Source: a virus. Taken from it: a stretch of 56,493 bases of DNA. The notes under the pieces are model-generated. The model saw nothing but the letters and a program-made list of their open reading frames with translations, was not told the origin of the DNA and ran no database searches. Shown here in pieces: positions 17,053 to 24,241 of the stretch. Where the stretch lies: positions 1 to 56,493 of IMG/VR virus record IMGVR_UViG_3300045988_039967; one strand, 5' to 3'. Both the position numbers and the translations under genes were made by a program. Numbering within the stretch: position 1 is the stretch's first letter; the number at the start of each line of letters is the position of its first letter.

Positions 17053-17280
17053 ATGACATTTGAGAAAAATTTACAAGCTAAAAAAGCGGATGCATTAGCA
17101 GCATATAAGGCAGCTAAAGCAGATTTTTTGAAAACTGTAACAAGTGAAAACTTAAAAGGCGATTTTGAAAAATGGAAAATTTTTTGCAGTAAAAAAGCCG
17201 ACTGTATGAAGTTGGGGCGTAAGAATTTAGCAAGGCTGGCGGTTCCGGGGTTCGATTCCCCGGCTTGCTTTACCTCATAA
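17053..17280 (+). CDS. Hypothetical protein whose 3' end overlaps a T-loop-like hairpin
   Basis: 75 aa from ATG 17053. The C-terminal ...AVPGFDSPAC is the translation of GGTTCGATTCC. Confidence 0.4.
   Translation: MTFEKNLQAKKADALAAYKAAKADFLKTVTSENLKGDFEKWKIFCSKKADCMKLGRKNLARLAVPGFDSPACFTS
17229..17269 (+). other. tRNA acceptor/T-arm-like minihelix
   Basis: AGCAAG...CCGGGG-TTCGATT-CCCCGG-CTTGCT. No D or anticodon arm. Confidence 0.35.
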
Positions 17281-17311
17281 GAGGATAATAAAATTGAAAG
17301 GCGGCATTTAT

Positions 17312-17677
17312 ATGAAAAAAATACAGTTATCAGACGAAAGCAAAAGCGTTTTGTACATTTTAACAAAAGAAGAATGGGAAAGAATACCGAACGATTACAA
17401 AACAAATTATATTGTTGATTACACCAAAAAGGAAATAATGAATAAAACAATCAAAAGTGCTTTCTTGCCTGGATATGGTACAACATTATTTTTTGAAAAT
17501 AGGCATTTTCTTATAGTTGACGACAAGAAGCCATTGAAAAAGTATGCTATATGGAGGAATCGCGAGGTAATAGGATATTGCGAAATTGACAAGGCTGCAG
17601 CGGACAAGGCAAACAGGGCAAGCAATGCATATTTTTATTTTGGTTTTGACAAAGTAACAAGCCCAGAAAAATATTAA
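17312..17677 (+). CDS. Hypothetical protein
   Basis: 121 aa from ATG 17312. Confidence 0.55.
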   Translation: MKKIQLSDESKSVLYILTKEEWERIPNDYKTNYIVDYTKKEIMNKTIKSAFLPGYGTTLFFENRHFLIVDDKKPLKKYAIWRNREVIGYCEIDKAAADKANRASNAYFYFGFDKVTSPEKY

Positions 17678-17714
17678 TTCTTTCCGCCATCCGTTCAGGC
17701 GGTCGGCATGGTTC

Positions 17715-17735
17715 AACGCCCTGCGGCGTTTTTTC
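17715..17735 (+). terminator. Rho-independent terminator
   Basis: AACGCC-ctgc-GGCGTT followed by TTTTTT. Confidence 0.7.
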
Positions 17736-17773
17736 CTGTAAGGGATAATATCAAAATATATGGAGGTACTAAC

Positions 17774-17959
17774 ATGAGATACAAGGAAAGCGACATAAAA
17801 ACGATACAGGACGAATACGGCATGAGAGGCGCAAAGCCTTATATTTACGTCAATTCATCAGCGCATAGATGGTTCATATTGTGGTACGCGGGCGAACCGG
17901 ATGAAGTCGATAATTATACTTGCAGCAGATATACAAGCGTTGCGCAATATCGAATTTAA
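17774..17959 (+). CDS. Hypothetical protein
   Basis: 61 aa from ATG 17774 with GGAGGT RBS. Confidence 0.55.
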   Translation: MRYKESDIKTIQDEYGMRGAKPYIYVNSSAHRWFILWYAGEPDEVDNYTCSRYTSVAQYRI

Positions 17960-17971
17960 TAATTGATTTTA

Positions 17972-17996
17972 AGGGCGTACAATCTGCGCCCTTTTT
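17972..17996 (+). terminator. Rho-independent terminator
   Basis: AGGGCG-tacaatct-CGCCCT followed by TTTTT. Confidence 0.75.
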
Positions 17997-18012
17997 GGCT
18001 TGCTGTGGGTTC

Positions 18013-18033
18013 TGGTTGGTTCGATTCCAGCCG
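18013..18033 (+). other. Second T-loop-like hairpin
   Basis: TGGTTGG-TTCGATT-CCAGCCG. Confidence 0.3.
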
Positions 18034-18055
18034 CAAATGCTTTTATTTGTGTACC

Positions 18056-18084
18056 TTGAAAAATTAATATAAAAGCTGTATAAT
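18056..18084 (+). promoter_or_regulatory. Near-consensus sigma-70 promoter with no obvious gene
   Basis: TTGAAA - 17 nt - TATAAT (TG immediately upstream of the -10). Confidence 0.6.
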
Positions 18085-18515
18085 CAAATTAAGTATTGCC
18101 GGCTTTTCGCTGTCCGGCAGTCTTATTTTGCTACGATTAAAAAGCAAGCGCATATTTGCCGTTTTAAAGCGTTTTAATATGCTTATAGTGTCATTCTTAA
18201 TCTTTTACGCTTGTGCGGCTCTGCGGGGCTTATACGGCTTTACAGCGTTAAAAAATCCCCGGCGGTGCTCTGCCTAATTTTCAGCCGCCGCAGGGTGGCA
18301 GGTCCTTGTCTGACCCTAAAATTCTTCACTCTTTTCAGAAAAAAATTTTCCAATTTTGCTCAACAAATTTTCAAGCACCCAAAAATCAAATTTTCCTCTG
18401 TAAATCTGCAATATAGGGGGGTATCAAAAAATTTTGCAATTGAAAATTTTTGCAAAAAATATTTTTTATTCAGCTTAATATTATAATATGTCAACTATAA
18501 TTAATTAGATATATA

Positions 18516-18548
18516 ACAAAAACAGTTGCCGCATTAAGCAAGCAACTG
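18516..18548 (-). terminator. Rho-independent terminator after the cas5-like gene
   Basis: CAGTTGC/GCAACTG stem followed by TTTTTG on the minus strand. Confidence 0.65.
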
Positions 18549-18556
18549 TCATTGTG

Positions 18557-19258
18557 CTAATTTATAAAAACCACAGGATTATTATTATCAAACAAACAGG
18601 ATTCTACTTCTTGCCCCTTGTCTGCTAATGAACATTTCACTTTTTCAAACATTCTGATTCCTCTTACAATGTCATATCTGTAATTAAGTGAGTAAACAGT
18701 TCCAATAAAGTGCTGTTTGTTTACAGGAATATACGCCGGCATTACAAGTTTCCCTGCCTGCGGCTGTGCAAATTCCTTAAGCTCGGCCACCGCAACATCT
18801 TCAATTATGCACGTATCTCCGTATTCGCCAAGTGACGGATAAACAGGCGGATTCAGCAATGCATTATAAATATCGTCAACATCTGAATCATTAAATGCCT
18901 TAATGTAAATCACAGTGTCAAGGTCAACTAATACAGATTTTGTCTTGGATGACCTTACCCAGCCTGTATGACTTCCATCAGCATTATCAACTATAACATC
19001 CCAACGCTTTATCTCCTCTTCATTAATTTTATTGAATTTATGTCCGCCATGCCATTCTGAGCGGAAATCCGTATTATAGATGCCCTTGCCGGTGATGAAA
19101 AAATCAAGCTTGTGATAACTTTTCCATTGACACATTGAATGAATAAACCCATTAACTGTACTAAACGGCGGCAATGGGTAACAATCAACGCCCTCCGGCG
19201 CATTTGCAATCTTAAATCTCGCCATATTCTGATGCATTTTTAACCTTACTACTCTCAT
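18557..19258 (-). CDS. cas5: Cas5 (type I-B-like) homolog, orphan
   Basis: 233 aa from ATG 19258 (GGAGG RBS). N-terminal ARFKIANAPEGVDCYPLPPFSTVNGFIHSMC matches the Cas5 hallmark (F[RK]...YP.PP.ST..G). SLGEYGDTCIIEDV resembles the SLGR.ED...I..V of I-B Cas5. Length and C-terminal end are also similar. Confidence 0.6.
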   Translation of the reverse strand: MRVVRLKMHQNMARFKIANAPEGVDCYPLPPFSTVNGFIHSMCQWKSYHKLDFFITGKGIYNTDFRSEWHGGHKFNKINEEEIKRWDVIVDNADGSHTGWVRSSKTKSVLVDLDTVIYIKAFNDSDVDDIYNALLNPPVYPSLGEYGDTCIIEDVAVAELKEFAQPQAGKLVMPAYIPVNKQHFIGTVYSLNYRYDIVRGIRMFEKVKCSLADKGQEVESCLFDNNNPVVFIN

Positions 19259-19372
19259 AATAATTCCTCCAAAATATAAAATAAGCCGCACTTAATAAAA
19301 GTACGACTTTCCAATATGGAACTATTAAAATATACAATCATCAATTTTTTACATCACAGTTATAATACCGTT

Positions 19373-19531
19373 TCAGTTATCAAATGTCAAGCTTTTTGGC
19401 GTAGTATTTGCCGTTATAATCAGTGAATTTGCTGAATATCTGCATACCGCCATTTCTTCAATCAGCCTTTCTTTTGTCATCCCCGGATTAGTTCTTTTTA
19501 CATACTCAAGAATCTTATCAATACTCATCAT
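19373..19531 (-). CDS. Hypothetical 52-aa protein
   Basis: ATG overlaps the upstream TGA (ATGA coupling). Confidence 0.45.
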   Translation of the reverse strand: MMSIDKILEYVKRTNPGMTKERLIEEMAVCRYSANSLIITANTTPKSLTFDN

Positions 19532-19854
19532 CCCACTCTCCTAACTGCTCCTAAAACCATATCAACAATGTCAAATACTTCATCTCCGTACGTTGCCACA
19601 AAATCACAGAGCACTTCTTCCTGTTCAATCGGCAAATATATGTCATATGACATGCAGATAGCATGCGTAATCTCATGAATTAATACTTTGCGTAAAAATC
19701 CGCCTTGCAGCATATCAGACAAATAGACAGTGTTTGTATTTCTATCTGTAACTCCAACACTCAATGTGCCGTCAGAGCGCTGTAATTGCCTATTATTTGC
19801 ACTTACATATTTAATGCGCCATGTTGTATCATTAATCGTAAAAAACATCTGCAT
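19528..19854 (-). CDS. Small HExxH metalloprotease-like protein
   Basis: 108 aa with VLIHEITHAIC. Confidence 0.6.
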   Translation of the reverse strand: MQMFFTINDTTWRIKYVSANNRQLQRSDGTLSVGVTDRNTNTVYLSDMLQGGFLRKVLIHEITHAICMSYDIYLPIEQEEVLCDFVATYGDEVFDIVDMVLGAVRRVG

Positions 19855-19968
19855 TCTCCTTTCTGAGCTGTTTCCGAAATGGAAATAACTGAAAAGCCAC
19901 TAACCAAATATCAGCTAGTGGCTTCTTGTATTTATTTTTTGTGTTTTCTGATTGGTAGTCGGAACACT

Positions 19969-20157
19969 CTATTTTTTTAATGCTTTTAGATATTCAGCTT
20001 CAATACCACGTCTGACAAGCTCAGAACAACTGATATTAAGCTTTTCTGCTGTATAATTCAGTTTATCCAATGTCTCATTATCAAGCCTGGTCCTTAACAT
20101 GTAATCTTTTGGGTTATCTTTCCTTTTTCTGCCTGTTTTAGATGACAAAACAATCAC
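19969..20157 (-). CDS. Ribbon-helix-helix (CopG/Arc-like) regulator
   Basis: 62 aa, MLRTRLDNETLDKLNYTAEKLNISCSELVRRGI. Confidence 0.65.
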   Translation of the reverse strand: MIVLSSKTGRKRKDNPKDYMLRTRLDNETLDKLNYTAEKLNISCSELVRRGIEAEYLKALKK

Positions 20158-20170
20158 TCTCCTTTAAAAT

Positions 20171-20269
20171 GTTGCTACATTTTACTATTTTTGTTGCCAC
20201 ATTTTATTAATTTTTGTAGCAACACTTTTTTAATTTTTGTTGCTACATTTTATAATAATCTGTTGCTAC
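20171..20269. promoter_or_regulatory. Array of five phased GTTGCTAC boxes (operators)
   Basis: Boxes start at 20171, 20193, 20216 (inverted), 20239 and 20262, spaced 22-23 bp. A TTGACT -35 (minus strand) lies at 20274-20279. Confidence 0.6.
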
Positions 20270-20289
20270 AAAAAGTCAAGTGGTTATGA

Positions 20290-20321
20290 TAAAAAATGGA
20301 ACGCACCTTTCGATACGTTCC
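20290..20321 (-). terminator. Rho-independent terminator after the lipoprotein gene
   Basis: GGAACG/CGTTCC stem followed by ATTTTTT on the minus strand. Confidence 0.7.
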
Positions 20322-20353
20322 ACTAGTGAATAAATATTTTACTAATTAACTGA

Positions 20354-20854
20354 TTATTCCAATGTTAAAGTTCTGGTTAAAAGTTTTCTTTCACCTACAA
20401 AAGGTTTTATTTCCAGTGTAACATCATCCATGCTATCTTCTAACACAAACGAAGAAGCTACTGTTATAGTAACGCCTTTCTGAATTTCTTTGGCACTGTT
20501 TCTTGATTCATCGTTTACATGCCACATAGAATGCTCAATTTCAACACCATTCTGAAAGCAGGTGTCATCGAAAGAATAGTCAAAGACTGCATTATCACTT
20601 GAATTGTTTGTAAAATCGTAATAAACAACAAGGACTTTTTCCCCTGAACCATTTTCGGTCACTTCATGTCTTAAGTATTTGACAGTCTTGTCTCCGTAAG
20701 TAAATTCTGTATCCGATGGGTTACTTACCGGACTGTTATTACTGATTTGCGATATTACATCGCCAACAGTTTTCTGCTGTCCACAGCCGCCAACTATAAA
20801 AGAACTTACTGTAACCGCTGCTAAAATGGCTACCACCGCCGCTTTTCTCCTCAT
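20354..20854 (-). CDS. Lipoprotein (DUF4352/DUF5067-like)
   Basis: Signal peptide plus lipobox (IVGGC). Beta-rich body. Confidence 0.7.
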   Translation of the reverse strand: MRRKAAVVAILAAVTVSSFIVGGCGQQKTVGDVISQISNNSPVSNPSDTEFTYGDKTVKYLRHEVTENGSGEKVLVVYYDFTNNSSDNAVFDYSFDDTCFQNGVEIEHSMWHVNDESRNSAKEIQKGVTITVASSFVLEDSMDDVTLEIKPFVGERKLLTRTLTLE

Positions 20855-20994
20855 ATTAAATTCCTCCTAATTGTTTTTATTATATAATACTATGAGTTTA
20901 CAAAAAATTCAATATATACAATTCCACTAGCCTATATTTAGTTGCCAAGGTACAATAAACAGGCTATGAATATTGCTACCCATAGCCCTTAAAT

Positions 20995-21609
20995 TTACAG
21001 CTTAGAAACAAGTGTACTAAGTTTGGTGCGCATAAGATTGCGTTCCTCTGCTGTCATATCGCCAATAAGCTGTGTAATGTCACCGCCAAGCTCCTTGATA
21101 TATCCGTCAAGTGCTTTCATCTTATGTTCCTTATCGTCTGGTGTGTTAGCCTTGTGCATTTCCTTAGTTTCTGTGTAGTTTCTTTTTGCTCTGTCATAAC
21201 CGCTTTCAGACATTGGCTCTGTATAGTACATCTTGCCATAATCTCTATCCATATCTCTCATATGCTCTGCTTCTGGGTACATGTGCATATAAGGTGGTTC
21301 TTCATATCCTCTACGATATGTTCCTTTGCCTTTTGGGGCGAATCTGCCATTAGCATAGCGGTAGTGGTCGTAAAATCTTCTGTCTGGATAATCTTCGTAC
21401 TGTTCAAGCATACGCATAATGTCCTCGTTATCTTCTGACTTTTCCATAGCTTCAACAATTCTGTAATCTTTGTCAAAACAAGCTATGTTCTTCGCTATTT
21501 CTGTAAAATCCTTTAAATCGTCAAGGTTCTGCCCCTCAAAGCTATCTAATCCGATTGCTTCAACTTTAGCCTTGACACATTCCATAATCTGTTTAGCCCA
21601 TTTATGCAT
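20995..21609 (-). CDS. Hypothetical Tyr/Met/Asp-rich protein
   Basis: 204 aa ORF. Confidence 0.55.
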   Translation of the reverse strand: MHKWAKQIMECVKAKVEAIGLDSFEGQNLDDLKDFTEIAKNIACFDKDYRIVEAMEKSEDNEDIMRMLEQYEDYPDRRFYDHYRYANGRFAPKGKGTYRRGYEEPPYMHMYPEAEHMRDMDRDYGKMYYTEPMSESGYDRAKRNYTETKEMHKANTPDDKEHKMKALDGYIKELGGDITQLIGDMTAEERNLMRTKLSTLVSKL

Positions 21610-21613
21610 AATA

Positions 21614-22033
21614 TCAAGCCTCCCTTACTGCAATCAAATTACTGTTCTGCACCTCAATAGCCTGTGTAGATGTATTCTGAACCGCTACAGTACTGCAACA
21701 GCCACAAGGTACATCAACATATGCCTGTGCTGATACATTAAAGAAATTCTCAACTGCGGCTGGCGTTACAATCATTCTTGTTGACTGTAAAGGCTCTCCA
21801 TCTACTGCAATGGCAAGTGAAATAGCTTCAACTGTACCGCCTGTAGGTATCTGAATGTTGCCAGAATATGATACTAAAAATCTTGCCTTGCACTGATTGG
21901 TGATACCTCTTAGCTTGATAATTCCACTTCCCTGTCTGTGGACTATACATTTGCTACCGCATACCGGTGTTTCTGTAAATGCCACATCTTCTCCAGCAGC
22001 AACGGTTTGTAATGCAATTCCTGTTATTTCCAT
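21614..22033 (-). CDS. TNF/C1q-like (BclA C-terminal-domain-like) protein
   Basis: 139 aa from ATG 22033 (GAGAGGT RBS). Alternating beta pattern similar to the exosporium BclA CTD. Confidence 0.4.
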   Translation of the reverse strand: MEITGIALQTVAAGEDVAFTETPVCGSKCIVHRQGSGIIKLRGITNQCKARFLVSYSGNIQIPTGGTVEAISLAIAVDGEPLQSTRMIVTPAAVENFFNVSAQAYVDVPCGCCSTVAVQNTSTQAIEVQNSNLIAVREA

Positions 22034-22155
22034 TATCTTTACCTCTCTTTCACAAAAATAAGGGCAAACATTATAGTCTGCCCTTTGGTTATAAGTAATA
22101 CTGCTTAGCAGACATAATCGAGTTAAACTCAATTAAGATACTCAATTATTAAGTT

Positions 22156-22944
22156 TTAGCAGCCACATCCTGTATTGCAACCGCATCCATAAGCATAACC
22201 ATAAAGGTTAGAAGCTGGGAATGATGGGACCGGTGTAGGCCTTACTGCATCAATAATCTGATTTGTCTGTGCGCTCATGGCAGAAGTCAGAAGTGCGTTC
22301 TGTCTATCCTGTGAAGCAGCTCTTCTAAGGTCATTGTTCTCTGCTGTAAGTGTTGCTATCTTATCCTGACATAAGTAGTCTAATATGCTTCTAAAGCCTG
22401 CCTGCTGGCTGTCAATAATATCTCTTGTATTATTGTTCATTGTGTTCTGCAAAGCACAGGTGTTAGTTGCCATGTTATAATTAACTCCCTGAATAGCTTC
22501 CCTTGTCTCGCAGCAGCAGCTAGCAAGCTGTGCCTGTAAAGCATTAGTATTCTGCATATTAGCAACTGTATCAGCGTTAATAGCCTGCTGGATGCCATAT
22601 CCGGTCTGCATGATATTTGTGTTAATACCATTAAAGCCGGTAAGCATACTGTTGTTCATGGCATAAAAGCCATCACAAAGTCCGTTAGAAATGCCATCTA
22701 ACTTGCTGATAACTGCTGAATTGTCAAATCCGCGTTGAATGTCTGCCTGTGTAGCCGCTGTTGCAACATAGCCACCGCCATTGTTGCCACCAAAACCGCC
22801 AAATCCACCATTGCCCCATCCAAAGAGTAATGCAAATACAACGATTATCCAAAGCCATCCGCCGTCAGCCCATCCGCCATTATTGCCGTTGCCGTCAATG
22901 TTAGCGACTAATGGTACGCTGGCACAATTTGAGTTTGAAAACAT
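22156..22944 (-). CDS. Gly-rich membrane protein with Cys-rich C-terminus
   Basis: Start at ATG 22944 after AGGAGG. GGWADGGW plus a TM segment plus GNGGFGGFGG. Ends YGCGCNTGCGC. Confidence 0.6.
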   Translation of the reverse strand: MFSNSNCASVPLVANIDGNGNNGGWADGGWLWIIVVFALLFGWGNGGFGGFGGNNGGGYVATAATQADIQRGFDNSAVISKLDGISNGLCDGFYAMNNSMLTGFNGINTNIMQTGYGIQQAINADTVANMQNTNALQAQLASCCCETREAIQGVNYNMATNTCALQNTMNNNTRDIIDSQQAGFRSILDYLCQDKIATLTAENNDLRRAASQDRQNALLTSAMSAQTNQIIDAVRPTPVPSFPASNLYGYAYGCGCNTGCGC

Positions 22945-23014
22945 ATTGTTACCTCCTAAAAATATATTCATAAAGATGTCACCCAGGTAATTTGCAAAGA
23001 CATCTAATATGCTA

Positions 23015-23245
23015 CTAATTACCAAATCTGCTTTTTATCTGATTAAATACATCATCTGCATTTAACCCCTTTTCCTTGCATAAATTTCTAGCCATTTGCT
23101 CTATGCCTTGCATATTGCCCTGTTGTGCCATCTGCATAGTGTTCTTCAGCATAGGATTACTCATCATCTGATTATTCCCCATCATCTGCTGTATAAACTG
23201 TTGCGGACCAGCTTTTATCATCTGAAAAATGTTAATTGGGTTCAT
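23015..23245 (-). CDS. Met/Gln/Asn-rich small protein
   Basis: 76 aa ORF. Confidence 0.5.
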   Translation of the reverse strand: MNPINIFQMIKAGPQQFIQQMMGNNQMMSNPMLKNTMQMAQQGNMQGIEQMARNLCKEKGLNADDVFNQIKSRFGN

Positions 23246-23769
23246 TCTTCATCACCGCCCTTGCTTTGAGTTCTCGAAGATTTTCTTTGCGTTCCTAAAG
23301 ATTTATCAAATCTATCTTCTAACTGCCCTATTTTCTCTGATAGCTCTTCAAACTTATTTAAGAATAGCTGTGTGCTTTCGTCTGATAGGGTAAATTTAGC
23401 GTTTTCTGCGTTAGACATAGAATTCACTGTCTGATTATCTTTAGGGTCTGTATAAGGCTTATACACAATCGTTCTAATTGTTCCGTCAGCATTCCAACCC
23501 TTAACGTATATCTCCGACATATCCTGTTTTGGGAAAAACGCCATGGAGCCATCCATAGGCACTTCATTTGCATTAATATTTTCAACTGCTTGCACCACCC
23601 TGCCATTAATGCCTACTATCTGCTGTGGCATAGGTTGTTGGTTCATCTGCATAGGCTGTTGCTGTAAGCTCTGCTGATAATTTTGTAAAAAGTTCATTCT
23701 ATCCATATACGGATTTTGAGATTGCATATAAGAATTATTCATCATAGGCGCTTGATACGGATTGTTCAT
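23242..23769 (-). CDS. Gln/Met/Asn-rich protein with a conserved-looking C-terminal domain
   Basis: 175 aa ORF. Confidence 0.55.
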   Translation of the reverse strand: MNNPYQAPMMNNSYMQSQNPYMDRMNFLQNYQQSLQQQPMQMNQQPMPQQIVGINGRVVQAVENINANEVPMDGSMAFFPKQDMSEIYVKGWNADGTIRTIVYKPYTDPKDNQTVNSMSNAENAKFTLSDESTQLFLNKFEELSEKIGQLEDRFDKSLGTQRKSSRTQSKGGDEE

Positions 23770-23887
23770 TGTCTGCCTCCTCTAAAACTTCCTCGATTGC
23801 GTGGATAACAAGAGATAATGTTACTAAGTCAAGTTTTTGTAATTCTTCTTTGCATAAGATTTTTTCTCTAACTTCATCAGAAAACAT
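23735..23887 (-). CDS. Hypothetical 50-aa protein
   Basis: ATG 23887 after AGAGAGG. Confidence 0.4.
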   Translation of the reverse strand: MFSDEVREKILCKEELQKLDLVTLSLVIHAIEEVLEEADNEQSVSSAYDE

Positions 23888-23986
23888 TTGCACTGCCTCT
23901 CTTTCTGGCTTAATTTTGACATAAAAAAAGAGAAGAACATTATCAAGTTCTTCTCTAATTATTATCATCTGCATAAGGACTTTTTT

Positions 23987-24005
23987 ATGTACCAATTATG
24001 TACCA
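23987..24005. repeat. ATGTACCAATTATGTACCA repeat, copy 1 (candidate integrase arm site)
   Basis: 19-bp exact direct repeat with 24214-24232. Confidence 0.6.
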
Positions 24006-24213
24006 TTTTTTGTAAAACTATGTGAATATATAACGAATTATATGAAATTAAAATTTCATAAGAAACGGCATGATGCCAAGGTTTGTTGCAATATATAAGC
24101 ATATAATCAAGTACGTTAAATATGCCAATAAGCAACGATACCTAATTTCATTTCATCTTACACCTATCCAGAAACCCTTTATTTCCGGGATTTCTGCCTT
24201 TCTATTTTTGATT

Positions 24214-24232
24214 TATGTACCAATTATGTACC
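24214..24232. repeat. ATGTACCAATTATGTACCA repeat, copy 2
   Basis: Exact copy, immediately downstream of the int stop. Confidence 0.6.
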
Positions 24233-24241
24233 AATTTAAAA

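Noticed and set aside
16857-17450. 197-aa minus-strand ORF
   Set aside because: - It is antisense to the plus-strand gene block.
- Its composition is low-complexity, Phe/Leu/Ser/Cys-rich.
- It crosses several plus-strand genes that do have RBSs.
17229-18033. The two TTCGATT-loop hairpins as genuine tRNA genes
   Set aside because: - Only acceptor/T-arm-like parts are present.
- No D-arm or anticodon arm can be built, and no CCA or proper discriminator context is present.
- They are kept as tRNA-fragment-like elements only.
18211-18486. 91-aa ORF downstream of the orphan promoter
   Set aside because: - It has a non-ATG start and no Shine-Dalgarno sequence.
- Its composition is arginine/leucine/phenylalanine-rich junk.
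- It runs through hairpins and AAATTTT tracts, so the region is treated as non-coding.
20171-20269. Regularly spaced GTTGCTAC repeats considered as a mini CRISPR array
   Set aside because: - The repeat units are only 8-14 bp with 22-23-bp phasing, and one copy is inverted.
- The intervening sequence is AT-rich and self-similar rather than made of unique spacers.
- The position directly upstream of an RHH gene fits an operator array.
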